A DNA stretch of 32,001 nucleotides from Thermovirgaceae bacterium (GCA_046542505.1 JBKHBH010000015.1:1-32001); one strand, 5' to 3'. Positions 18,661 to 27,435 are shown, counted from the stretch's first letter. The notes: generated by a model not told the origin, from the letters alone. Numbers and translations: made by a program.

Positions 18661-19407
18661 GTGAAGAAAAACGGAAAAACCTTACTTCTGGTGATACTGG
18701 CGCTTCTTGTGTTTCCCGGATTAACTGCTTTGCCTGCAGCGGCGGAGACACAGGTGCTTTCCGTTCCCGGACACCCCCTCTATCTTGTACTGAATACCAA
18801 TGGAGGTATCATTGATCTTGCTTTTTTGCGGAGCCCCGCAGGGATACAGAAAATTCTTCCCGTCGAGGGTCTCGCCCTTAAGGGCGAGACCCTTAACCAA
18901 TCTTTTGCTGACGGGGATCTCGTCAAAGATCTTCTGTGGACACTGGACTTCAGGGAACCTGCCGGAAATTCAAGGGGAATCCAACTCTGGATCGGCGCAC
19001 TGAGCGATTTGAAAAGAGCCTGGGTCTACATGTGCCCCATCTCACAGACATATTGGGACCATATGCCCCTGGACCTGTACGTTCCTGAAGGAGTCGGTCT
19101 GTACTTTTCGCCCACTGTGCCCCGTTACGGCGACCTGCCGAAGTATGCGGGAAGCAGGACTCTTGGATTCGTCTACACCATATCCCTGACTCCTGAAGGA
19201 CCTCGCTTCGTCCCGTCCCCTGGAGTCTACAGGCAGCTTCAGAGTATTGCCGATCTCGTCCGGAAAGCGGAGCAGATTCCCTACAAGAAAGAGGCTTACA
19301 AACACATGGTTGAAGACTTTGCCCGCCTTTGTCGAGGTTACAAGCCATCGACGGCTGCGATCGGCAATTTCGCCTGGAAACGCATCCTCACGCTGCAGTG
19401 GAGGTAA
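18661..19407 (+). CDS. Hypothetical exported protein
   Basis: 248-aa ORF, SD AGGAGG, Sec-type signal peptide MKKNGKTLLLVILALLVFPGLTALPAAA; no motif recognised. Confidence 0.7.
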   Translation: MKKNGKTLLLVILALLVFPGLTALPAAAETQVLSVPGHPLYLVLNTNGGIIDLAFLRSPAGIQKILPVEGLALKGETLNQSFADGDLVKDLLWTLDFREPAGNSRGIQLWIGALSDLKRAWVYMCPISQTYWDHMPLDLYVPEGVGLYFSPTVPRYGDLPKYAGSRTLGFVYTISLTPEGPRFVPSPGVYRQLQSIADLVRKAEQIPYKKEAYKHMVEDFARLCRGYKPSTAAIGNFAWKRILTLQWR

Positions 19408-19448
19408 ATCAACACGAAGAGACTCCCGCACTTGCCACGGACCGACCA

Positions 19449-19835
19449 TTACTCGATCTCGAGAAACTCTTCTCCCCCACCTTCAGGCACAACACCTGTC
19501 TTCTCGAGTTCCCCAAACTTGCTGCAAACAGCACGGACCGTCACTTCTGACCCTTCCTCGACAAACCCCACCGTCACCAGTATGGCCTGTCCCTGGCGCG
19601 TCATTTGTTCCGTATAGAAAATCCTTGCCGCTTCCCTTCCTTCAGTCATGACAGTAATTTCCTCAATAAAATGGTCATCCGTATTCCCCACCGGGTGGTT
19701 CACATCTATTCGCAGAACACCCCCAGCGGCTTCATAACTCATATTCAGTTTCATGGGCGGGTGAGCTTGAATCGTCGTCACGGGCAAGAGGGACATAACC
19801 ATAACAATTATCGGTACGGCCAGCAGTCGTTTCAT
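19449..19835 (-). CDS. Exported superoxide-reductase/desulfoferrodoxin-like small protein
   Basis: Signal peptide followed by HPP, HPV, DHFI and CSKFG, spaced like SOR iron ligands (H-x-P, HPM, HYI, CNxHG); ATG at 19835 after AGGGAG. Confidence 0.6.
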   Translation of the reverse strand: MKRLLAVPIIVMVMSLLPVTTIQAHPPMKLNMSYEAAGGVLRIDVNHPVGNTDDHFIEEITVMTEGREAARIFYTEQMTRQGQAILVTVGFVEEGSEVTVRAVCSKFGELEKTGVVPEGGGEEFLEIE

Positions 19836-19857
19836 CAAAACCATCTCCCTTTTTTCT

Positions 19858-19897
19858 GACAAAGGCTCCGCATGCCTGATCCCCCGGAGCCTTTGTC
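19858..19897. repeat. 13-bp perfect inverted repeat between korB and the SOR-like gene
   Basis: GACAAAGGCTCCG-N14-CGGAGCCTTTGTC; no U-tract on the minus (coding) strand. Confidence 0.75.
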
Positions 19898-19905
19898 CTT
19901 TCAGC

Positions 19906-20769
19906 TTATTCCGCAAGCTCCTTCAAAAATTTTGCAACGGCCGAAGGGCTTCGTTCCCTTTGATAAAGGGGCGTGCTGTCCTCTTCGTAACAGGCAAGGT
20001 TTTCCTCAAAGGTCTTTTTTCCTTCCATCCTGTACAGGATCCCCAAAGGGTAGGGCTCTTTCTCCAAAGCTTTGGTCAGTGCCGCATCGCGATCGGAGGG
20101 GTCATAGTTCTCTTCAAGGAAATACGTGTTCTCCCTGAACCATTTATGGGTATTCACCTTGTTGAAGGAAACACAATTCTGGAAGATGTCCACCAGCGCA
20201 TATCCCTTGTGCCTGACGGCCTTTTTGATGATCTCTTTCGTCTCGTCGACGTAGCCGGAAAAGGCCCGGGCCACAAAGGTCGCTCCCTGCGCAATGGCTA
20301 CAGCCACGGGGTTGAAAGGCTCCTCGAAAACGCCGTCGACCTGTACGGGAGTCTTGAACCCCAGCAGGCTGGTTGGTGATGCCTGACCTTTCGTCAGACC
20401 ATACACCATGTTGTCATGGACAATATTGGTAATGTCGGGATTACGCCGAATCGTGTGAAGAAAGTGGTTTCCTCCCTCTCCATACATGTCGCCGTCACCG
20501 CCGATAGCAATGACCACCATCTTTGGGTTGGCCGCCTTCATGCCCGTCGCATTCGAGATCGACCGTCCGTGCAGGCCGTTGAAGAAATTCCCCTTCATGA
20601 AATGGGGCATCTTGGCGGCCTGTCCGATGCCGGAGTGAAGGACCACCTGGTTCGGGGCCAGGTCAAGCTCCGCCAGGGCCTTTTTAAATGCTTCCATGAT
20701 CTGGAAGTCCCCGCAGCCGGGACACCACTGGTTGTCTATTCCCTCGAGATCGTAGTTCTTCCAGTCCAT
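19906..20769 (-). CDS. korB: 2-oxoacid:ferredoxin oxidoreductase beta subunit (TPP-binding)
   Basis: WCPGCG, SGIGQA, LHGR, GGDGD...[27 protein letters not shown]. Confidence 0.92.
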   Translation of the reverse strand: MDWKNYDLEGIDNQWCPGCGDFQIMEAFKKALAELDLAPNQVVLHSGIGQAAKMPHFMKGNFFNGLHGRSISNATGMKAANPKMVVIAIGGDGDMYGEGGNHFLHTIRRNPDITNIVHDNMVYGLTKGQASPTSLLGFKTPVQVDGVFEEPFNPVAVAIAQGATFVARAFSGYVDETKEIIKKAVRHKGYALVDIFQNCVSFNKVNTHKWFRENTYFLEENYDPSDRDAALTKALEKEPYPLGILYRMEGKKTFEENLACYEEDSTPLYQRERSPSAVAKFLKELAE

Positions 20770-20772
20770 TCC

Positions 20773-22506
20773 TCACACCCCCCTGGAAAGACGTTTTCGA
20801 AGTTCGTCGAAAACTCCCTCGACGGATATTTGCAGTCCCGTGTAATGAAGGATTCGGTCCTCTATCTCTAATCCGGTTTCGCGCCGGATCAGCCCGGCCA
20901 TCTGGCCTGTCGCATTCCCTTCCACATCGATGACTTTTTTCGCCCTTTTCAGGTATCCTTCCGTTTCCCCTGGAAGCGGGTACACCTGTGAAAAATGCAG
21001 GACCGCCGTGTCTTTTCTTCCGAGAGCACCAACGGCTTCTTCCACTATGTGCCGCGTCGATCCCCAGGCGACGACGAGAATTTCATATTCGGCAGGCCCG
21101 ATCAGTTTTGGGGGAATGGCCTCTTCCTGCAGCCCTTTTATCTTCCGAAGCCGTTTTTCGACCATGGCTTTTCGAAGATGGAAGTCCTCCTGAACATGGC
21201 CGTCGGCATCGTGTTCGTGACTGTCGGAACCCACCATACCCTTCCCGTATCCCGGGATGCTCCTCGGTGAAATCCCGTCCTCGGTGATGACATATCTCTG
21301 GTAGTCTTCCGTAGATTCCACAAGATGCTTCTCTATCACGAGATCTTTCGTCTCAAAGGGGAGCACGTCGTAATAGCTGTTGAGGAAATACTGGTCCGTA
21401 AGGACGAAAACCGGCGTCTGGTACTTCGCGGCAAGATTGAAGGCGTGCTGGGCGATGGAAAAGGCCTCTTCGAGAGTTCCCGGTGCAAAGACCGCCTTCG
21501 GGAATTCTCCGTGGCCCGCGTGGAGGGCAAACTCAAGATCCCCCTGCTCCGTCCGGGTGGCCATCCCTGTCGCCGGACCCGGCCGTTGTCCGATGTGAAG
21601 GACCACGGGAAGCTCCGTTATCCCGCTCAGGCTGACGCCCTCCGACATCAGCGCCAGGCCGCCTCCGGAAGTAGTCGCCATGGGCCTGGCTCCACCGTAG
21701 GAAGCCCCCAGGGCCAGGTTGACGGCGGCAATCTCGTCTTCCGCCTGTTCAACAGCGATCCCAAACCGGCGGGAGTGCTTCGCCATGAAGGTCAAAACAC
21801 CCGTGGCCGGTGACATCGGATAGGAGGTAACGAAATCGCATCCGCCCGCCACGGCTCCAAGGGAAACCGCGTCTGTTCCGTTGAGGACGACGCTGCCTCC
21901 GCTGTTCCCTTTCCCCGGAAGGGAAATATCCAGGGAACCGCCTTCTTTCATTTTCGTTCCGATTTCATATCCCGTGTCAACGGCCTTCTTGTTCTTCCCT
22001 ATGACCTCGTCTCTTCCCTTGAACCTCTTTTCAAAAAAACCGTAGAGTACGGCTCTGTCTATGTCAAAAAGGCTTGCAACAATCCCTGCGGCAACGACGC
22101 CCGCATAGACCGTCCCCCCGATATTCCGCCCCTTTTCGAGGAGGTCCACGTCAATGAATTGCCCCGGCGTATCACTCAGCTCTTCTCCAAGTTCCTCCTT
22201 ATCACCGATGATAATCGTTTTATCGGTGATTCTCTCGCGGATGTTCTGCCTCACGCCCTGATTCAGCGGCAAAAGCAGGTCAATCCTGTCGACAAAGGCA
22301 TTTACGGGCTCCCGGGCGACCCGGATTTCCGTCGAATTGTTGCCTCCGCGCACCCTGGACATATATTCGCGGCTTGCAAACACGTGCATACCGCCATCAT
22401 GAAGCGATTTCACGAGTATTTCCTCGATGGTTTGTACTCCCTGCCCTGCCGCGCCGCAGAGTACAAGGGAGACATCGCGATGACCTTTTCGCGGAAGAAC
22501 ATTCAT
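20773..22506 (-). CDS. korA: 2-oxoacid:ferredoxin oxidoreductase alpha subunit (gamma-alpha fusion)
   Basis: GAAGQG, EYMSRVRGG, YPMSP, QAEDEIAA, TTSGGGLALM.E, QRPGPATG..TRTEQ.DL, AWGST, EGNATGQ; ATG at 22506 after AGGAGG. Confidence 0.92.
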   Translation of the reverse strand: MNVLPRKGHRDVSLVLCGAAGQGVQTIEEILVKSLHDGGMHVFASREYMSRVRGGNNSTEIRVAREPVNAFVDRIDLLLPLNQGVRQNIRERITDKTIIIGDKEELGEELSDTPGQFIDVDLLEKGRNIGGTVYAGVVAAGIVASLFDIDRAVLYGFFEKRFKGRDEVIGKNKKAVDTGYEIGTKMKEGGSLDISLPGKGNSGGSVVLNGTDAVSLGAVAGGCDFVTSYPMSPATGVLTFMAKHSRRFGIAVEQAEDEIAAVNLALGASYGGARPMATTSGGGLALMSEGVSLSGITELPVVLHIGQRPGPATGMATRTEQGDLEFALHAGHGEFPKAVFAPGTLEEAFSIAQHAFNLAAKYQTPVFVLTDQYFLNSYYDVLPFETKDLVIEKHLVESTEDYQRYVITEDGISPRSIPGYGKGMVGSDSHEHDADGHVQEDFHLRKAMVEKRLRKIKGLQEEAIPPKLIGPAEYEILVVAWGSTRHIVEEAVGALGRKDTAVLHFSQVYPLPGETEGYLKRAKKVIDVEGNATGQMAGLIRRETGLEIEDRILHYTGLQISVEGVFDELRKRLSRGV

Positions 22507-22578
22507 GAGTCTTCCCTCCTTCACCGTTTTTTAGAAAAAAACGGCATGCCTGTTTTCAGACCTGGCCTTGAGCTTCCT

Positions 22579-22779
22579 TCAGCCTCTCACCGTAGCCGGG
22601 TATCCCGCTTCTTCAAGCACCTTGCGGACCTTTTCCGGAGCATCCGTTTCAAGGCTGACCGTTTTGTTCTCCAGGGACACTGAAAACCCACTGAAACCAG
22701 ATTTCTCAAGCGCCCGGGTAATATTCCGGACGCAGTGATCACAGGACATGTCCGGCACGTCGAAAACCAGTTTGGCCAT
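22579..22779 (-). CDS. copZ: Copper chaperone (HMA domain)
   Basis: VPDMSCDHC metal-binding motif, LEEAGY; adjacent to copA. Confidence 0.88.
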   Translation of the reverse strand: MAKLVFDVPDMSCDHCVRNITRALEKSGFSGFSVSLENKTVSLETDAPEKVRKVLEEAGYPATVRG

Positions 22780-22782
22780 GTG

Positions 22783-24993
22783 TCACGCCTCCTTTCCCTT
22801 GATTCTCATGGAGTTGAGCACCACTGAAATCGAACTGAATGCCATTGCCGCCTCTGCAATGGCCGGGTGCAGAAGCCCCGCCATGGCGAGAGGAATGGAC
22901 ACCACGTTGTACAGAAAGGCCCAAAATAGGTTCTGTCCGATGATCCGGAACGTCCTCCTAGAGATCGAAACGGCAGTGACAACCTTCGAAAGGCCACCGG
23001 TAACGATCACCACGTCCGCGCTGTCAATGGCAAGGTCCATTCCCGAACCGACGGCTATCCCGATATCAGCTCCCTTTAGGGCCGCCGCGTCGTTCATGCC
23101 GTCTCCTATCATCATAACCTTCTTTCCTTCAGCCTGGTACCCTCTTACTATGTCGAGCTTGTTCTCCGGTCTGACGCCGGAATGCACGTCATCTATCCCA
23201 ACCTGCAGGGCTACGGCTCTGGCCGTCCTCTCGTTGTCTCCGGTGGCCATCACGGGCAATATTCCCGATTCCCTGAACCACCGGACGGCCCGGGCCGAAT
23301 CATCCCTGACCGGGTCTTCAATGACGAACCAACCGGCTACTTCGCTGTTCTTTCGCACCTCCACCACTGTCCTGCCGGCCTCAAGGTCGCGGTCGTATCG
23401 TGAATAGTCTTCCGGTTTGCCCACGACGTATCGTGATCCACCTGCGAGGAAACCGACACCTTCACCGGAGGTTTCCTCTAAATCCTCTATACTCGCGTCC
23501 AGCACCCTTTCCATATCCCCTAAGGCGGCAATGGCTTTTGCCAGCGGGTGATTCGACTGCTCTTCCGCGGCGACCACACGACGAAGATCTTTCTCTTGCA
23601 GATTGTGTCGGACGACTTTGGGACTGCCCTCGGTCAAGGTCCCTGTTTTGTCCATGACCACCACGCCGATGTCTCTTGAAGTTTGAATGGCTTCTGCGTT
23701 CCGTATGATGAGCCCGTGCCTGTACGCCTCTCCTGTTCCAGCCACCAGAGCCATTGGAGTCGCCAGGCCCAGCGCACAGGGACAGGCTATTACCAGCGTG
23801 GCCACGAAAGCAAAAACACTGAACGACACGGCGCCTTCCGTTTCCAGAACCCAGGGGAGCCACCCTCTCGCCGTTTCGATGAAAGGAATCATCGCCTCGA
23901 AACGGAAATACCAGAAAACGGCTGCCGACGTTGCCAGGACAAGAATGGTCGGGACGAAAAAGAGTGTGATTCGATCGGCAAGCGCCTGTATGGGGATTTT
24001 CGCCCCCTGGGCTTCCTGCACGAGAGAAATCATCTGTGAGAGGAAAGAGTCTTCCCCCATACGTGTCGCCTTGATGGCAAGCTGCCCCGTAAGGTTCAAC
24101 GATCCGCCCGTGACTTTTGCTCCTTGTTCCTTCCCAACGGGAATTGACTCACCTGAGATCATCGATTCATCAACGGATGATCTCCCTGCGTTGACCTCGC
24201 CGTCGACAGGAATCCTTTCCCCCGGCCTCACTATCACCGTGAATCCTTCCTTGACGGCCTCAATAGGAACATTAATATCCTCGTTTTCGTCGGTGCGGAC
24301 TCTCGCCTCTCGGGCCTGCAGCTTCAAGAGGGACTTGACCTCCTTGGCCGCCTTGTCACGAAGCCTGGACTCGACGTAGCGACCAGTCACGTGAAGTGTG
24401 ACAATCATTGCCCCGATGGCTCCGAAGGATGCCACAGGAACACCAAGAGTGTTCAGGGCCGCCGTCACCCATGAGGCGACACTCCCAAAGAAAATCAGCG
24501 TGTCCATATTCGTGTGCCAGTGAGTCAGGGCAATCCAGGCTCCCTTGATCGTCTTTCTCCCCGCGTAAAAAATGACGACCCCGCCTGCCGTCACTTCCAG
24601 CAGGACGAACCACGGCATGTGAAAACCGGCCATATGGGCAATCATCAGAATCGAGAGCGGCACGGTAATGACAAGTGCCAGCCACAGATTCTTTTTCGCT
24701 TCCGTATAACGCCTCTGCTCAAGGTCTTCCGCCGATTCTGTGGTCACTCCATAACCCACACTTTCCACCGCCTCTACAAGCCGCTTTTGCGGCACGTCAT
24801 ACTCAAGGACCACAAAGGCCGTATCGGTGGCAAGATTCACAGCGGCAAATTTGACGCCCTCCGTTTTTGAAAGCGCCCTTTCCACGTTTTTCGCACAAGT
24901 CGCACAGGTCATGCCGGTAATCCTGAGGGAGCGCTTTTCGTCGGTTTCCTTTTCGGACATCCTGGATCTGTTTGTTTGTTTATTTTCCGTCAT
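22783..24993 (-). CDS. copA: Cu(I)-translocating P1B-1 ATPase
   Basis: GMTCATC HMA, NMDTL, SGES (TGES-like), CPCALGLATP, DKTGTLT, HP, GDGMNDA, YN and MAFSS Cu(I) signatures; ATG at 24993 after AAAGGTGAG. Confidence 0.93.
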   Translation of the reverse strand: MTENKQTNRSRMSEKETDEKRSLRITGMTCATCAKNVERALSKTEGVKFAAVNLATDTAFVVLEYDVPQKRLVEAVESVGYGVTTESAEDLEQRRYTEAKKNLWLALVITVPLSILMIAHMAGFHMPWFVLLEVTAGGVVIFYAGRKTIKGAWIALTHWHTNMDTLIFFGSVASWVTAALNTLGVPVASFGAIGAMIVTLHVTGRYVESRLRDKAAKEVKSLLKLQAREARVRTDENEDINVPIEAVKEGFTVIVRPGERIPVDGEVNAGRSSVDESMISGESIPVGKEQGAKVTGGSLNLTGQLAIKATRMGEDSFLSQMISLVQEAQGAKIPIQALADRITLFFVPTILVLATSAAVFWYFRFEAMIPFIETARGWLPWVLETEGAVSFSVFAFVATLVIACPCALGLATPMALVAGTGEAYRHGLIIRNAEAIQTSRDIGVVVMDKTGTLTEGSPKVVRHNLQEKDLRRVVAAEEQSNHPLAKAIAALGDMERVLDASIEDLEETSGEGVGFLAGGSRYVVGKPEDYSRYDRDLEAGRTVVEVRKNSEVAGWFVIEDPVRDDSARAVRWFRESGILPVMATGDNERTARAVALQVGIDDVHSGVRPENKLDIVRGYQAEGKKVMMIGDGMNDAAALKGADIGIAVGSGMDLAIDSADVVIVTGGLSKVVTAVSISRRTFRIIGQNLFWAFLYNVVSIPLAMAGLLHPAIAEAAMAFSSISVVLNSMRIKGKEA

Positions 24994-25039
24994 AATTTCC
25001 ACTCACCTTTTTATGGGTAAACTGGAACTGATATTCATA

Positions 25040-25074
25040 TTGAAATTATATACCATGTATGGTATCTTCATCAA
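25040..25074. promoter_or_regulatory. Overlapping divergent sigma70 promoters for copA (-) and the arsF-like gene (+)
   Basis: Plus: TTGAAA(25040-45)-17-TATCTT(25063-68) with TG extension. Minus: TTGATG(25074-69)-18-TATAAT(25050-45). Confidence 0.65.
25050..25065. promoter_or_regulatory. CsoR-type operator palindrome
   Basis: ATACCAT-GT-ATGGTAT, fitting ATACC-N6-GGTAT, upstream of copA and overlapping both promoters. Confidence 0.7.
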
Positions 25075-25103
25075 ACCATCAAGACGACCAAAGGAGAGAT
25101 CCT

Positions 25104-25598
25104 ATGAAACGACTTATCGGCCTTGTTCTCCTCATTTTAGCCGCCGGCGGTTTTTTCGCGGCCGGCAAGGATGTTGTGGAGATGCACGGCCGGCGAAACG
25201 CCGGCGAAAAAGCTGTAGAGCTTTCCGAAAACGATCAGGAGACTGTTGAAAAAACCTGCACTGCCGAAGTGAATTTCTTTTACGGTAGCGCGGAATGCCC
25301 TACCTGTGACATCATAAAAGAAGAAGCCTTTGAGGTTATCGATACTCTTGAAGAAGGGGATATCAAAGGACCTGTTCCGGCAATCACCTGGTCCGAAATG
25401 AACGTTGAAGAACCCGGGAACGAGCAGTATATCCTCGATTACGGACTTTACACCACCACGATTGTCCTTGCCGATCGTCGGAACCCTGAAAGGTGGAAGC
25501 GCCTGGACGAAGTATGGGACCTGGCTTCCGACAGGAACCGCCTTTTTGATTTTCTGCGCCGGGAAATCCTTGAATTTGCGGAAGGGTGTGCATCATGA
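25104..25598 (+). CDS. Exported thioredoxin-like protein (ArsF family-like)
   Basis: Signal peptide, FFY...CPTC..I, NVEEPGN, WKRLDEVW; ATG at 25104 after AAGGAG; coupled to the ArsG-like gene. Confidence 0.72.
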   Translation: MKRLIGLVLLILAAGGFFAAGKDVVEMHGRRNAGEKAVELSENDQETVEKTCTAEVNFFYGSAECPTCDIIKEEAFEVIDTLEEGDIKGPVPAITWSEMNVEEPGNEQYILDYGLYTTTIVLADRRNPERWKRLDEVWDLASDRNRLFDFLRREILEFAEGCAS

Positions 25599-26275
25599 GC
25601 CTTTTCCTTTCGGCCCTTTCAGCCCTCTGGATAGGCATTTTGGCCTCAGTCAGCCCATGTCCGCTGGCATCCAACATCGCAGCTTTCTCTTTCATTGAAA
25701 AGGATTGTGGAGACAACCGTTCCGTGCTCGCCTCCGGCGGAGCCTACGTCTTGGGAAGGATGTTCACCTTTTCGGTTCTCGGCGCCCTGATCGTAAACGG
25801 AATCATGGCCATACCGTCTGTTTCCATGGCACTGCAGCGGCACATGAACATGTTTTTGGGACCTGTCCTGCTGGTCGTAGCCGTATTCGTGCTCGACCTG
25901 CTCGAGCTTCCGTCTTTCTCTTTAACGAAACGTCTTCGGCGCAAGGCGCTTTTCAAGGGCCCCGGCGGAGCCTTCGTCATGGGCATCGTTTTTGCCCTGG
26001 CACTTTGCCCGGTTTCGGCCGCCCTGTTTTTCGGCGGCCTGATCCCCCTGGCGACCAAAGAAGGATCCCCTCTTTTGCTCCCCGCTCTTTTCGGCATAGG
26101 AACGGCCCTTCCTGTGAGTCTCCTTGCCATATCACTATCTCTTGGAGTAACCGCCCTCTCCGGCTCCGCCGCCTCATTGCACATCATCCAGGAAAAAATC
26201 CGTACGGTGACAGGGATTCTCCTCATCGGCATGGGGCTTTACTTCAGTTTCTTCTATACCTTCAGGATTTTTTAA
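25595..26275 (+). CDS. DsbD/CcdA-type membrane protein (ArsG family-like)
   Basis: SPCPLASNIAA, Y.LGR, G.VFALALCPVSAALFFG.LIP, F.IGTALPV; ATGA overlap with the upstream gene. Confidence 0.8.
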   Translation: MSLFLSALSALWIGILASVSPCPLASNIAAFSFIEKDCGDNRSVLASGGAYVLGRMFTFSVLGALIVNGIMAIPSVSMALQRHMNMFLGPVLLVVAVFVLDLLELPSFSLTKRLRRKALFKGPGGAFVMGIVFALALCPVSAALFFGGLIPLATKEGSPLLLPALFGIGTALPVSLLAISLSLGVTALSGSAASLHIIQEKIRTVTGILLIGMGLYFSFFYTFRIF

Positions 26276-26367
26276 CCCTCGTACCGAGTTTCGCTCAACT
26301 ATTTCGTGTATAATGTATGGCCATCGGCGCCCTGCGGTGCGCCAAAACAAGGTTTTGGAGAGATTTC

Positions 26368-27075
26368 ATGACCAAGGACATCATTCAGAGCATTCCCGTT
26401 TTCGGAACCCTCGTCAACGCCTTTGCCATTATCGCCGGATCGCTTTTCGGAATTGTCATCCACAGGAAAATGCCACGCCGGCTTACGAAAATAACCTTTC
26501 AGGCCCTTGGGCTTTTCAGCCTTTTTCTGGGCACCCAAATGGCCTTCAGATCCGGAAATATCCTCATTCTTATTTTCAGCATCGTCCTCGGGGCAGTCGT
26601 CGGCGAGCTTCTGAACATTGACGGAGGCATCAGGAAGGTTTCAGGCCATATCAAGGCGCACCTCAAGACATCGGGCGACCGCTTTACCGAGGGTTTTGTC
26701 ACCGCCGTTCTTCTTTACTGTGTTGGGAGCATTGCGGTTTTGGGAGCCCTCGAGGAAGGCCTGGGAGGTTTCCCGAATCTTCTTTTGACAAAATCCCTTA
26801 TGGATGGTGCTTCTTCCATAGCTCTGGCCGCCTCCTTCGGACCCGGGGTCCTTTTCTCGGCGGTACCGCTTTTCATTTACCAGGGGAGCCTGACCCTCCT
26901 CGCTTCGCAGCTTGGGACGGTGCTCACAGAAACCGTCATCAACGAGATCACGGCGGCGGGAGGGCTTATGATTCTCGGCATTGGACTGAACATTCTCGAA
27001 ATTCAACAGGTCAAGGTCATCAACATGCTTCCCGGTCTTCTGTTCGCCGCCGTTTTGGGCATGACTTTCCTCTAA
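26368..27075 (+). CDS. DUF554 family membrane protein (YdfK-like)
   Basis: GTLVN...I..GS..G, GELL.ID, EGFVTA.LL.CVG..A.LG.LEEGL.G, KS.MDG..S..LA..FG.GV.FSA, GG.MIL.IGLN.L, N.LP. Confidence 0.88.
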   Translation: MTKDIIQSIPVFGTLVNAFAIIAGSLFGIVIHRKMPRRLTKITFQALGLFSLFLGTQMAFRSGNILILIFSIVLGAVVGELLNIDGGIRKVSGHIKAHLKTSGDRFTEGFVTAVLLYCVGSIAVLGALEEGLGGFPNLLLTKSLMDGASSIALAASFGPGVLFSAVPLFIYQGSLTLLASQLGTVLTETVINEITAAGGLMILGIGLNILEIQQVKVINMLPGLLFAAVLGMTFL

Positions 27076-27094
27076 CGTGTGCAGCACCCACAGC

Positions 27095-27123
27095 CTGACA
27101 TTTCGAAATGAAAGAGCTATAAT
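27095..27123 (+). promoter_or_regulatory. Sigma70 promoter (CTGACA-17-TATAAT) for the small zinc-ribbon gene
   Basis: Near-consensus -35 and perfect -10 with 17-nt spacer. Confidence 0.7.
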
Positions 27124-27171
27124 CGGGACAGGGTTTCAAAGCCATTGACACGAATCAGGAGGTGTTCTTGG

Positions 27172-27342
27172 ATGAGAACCTACCGATGTCTCCACTGTGG
27201 CCACGTTTTCAAGGTGGAAGATGTCGCCCCAGGCATCAAATGCCCGAAATGTCTCAACCGATTTGTGGAACTGGTAGAAGGTGAACCGCTGAAGGGGAAA
27301 TCCTGGGGAGCCAAAAGTTTCAGCGTCCCGAAGAAAAAATGA
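27172..27342 (+). CDS. Small zinc-ribbon protein (56 aa)
   Basis: MRTYRCLHCGHVFKVEDVAPGIKCPKCLNRFVELVEGEPLKGKSWGAKSFSVPKKK; two CxxC; SD AGGAGGTG; own promoter and terminator. Confidence 0.8.
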   Translation: MRTYRCLHCGHVFKVEDVAPGIKCPKCLNRFVELVEGEPLKGKSWGAKSFSVPKKK

Positions 27343-27369
27343 AGCAGGCTTTCGAACAAAAGTATAGAC

Positions 27370-27404
27370 AAAAGCCGGAGGGAAAAATCTTCCTCCGGTT
27401 TTTT
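27370..27404 (+). terminator. Rho-independent terminator after the zinc-ribbon gene
   Basis: AAAAGCCGGAGGGA / TTCCTCCGGTTTTTT stem ending in a U-tract. Confidence 0.75.
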
Positions 27405-27435
27405 GCCGCCTGCCGGCCGGAGGATTTCCAAAGCC

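Noticed and set aside
26309..26314. TATAAT upstream of the DUF554 gene
   Set aside because: No convincing -35 or correctly spaced TG extension; may be real but is not supportable from sequence alone.
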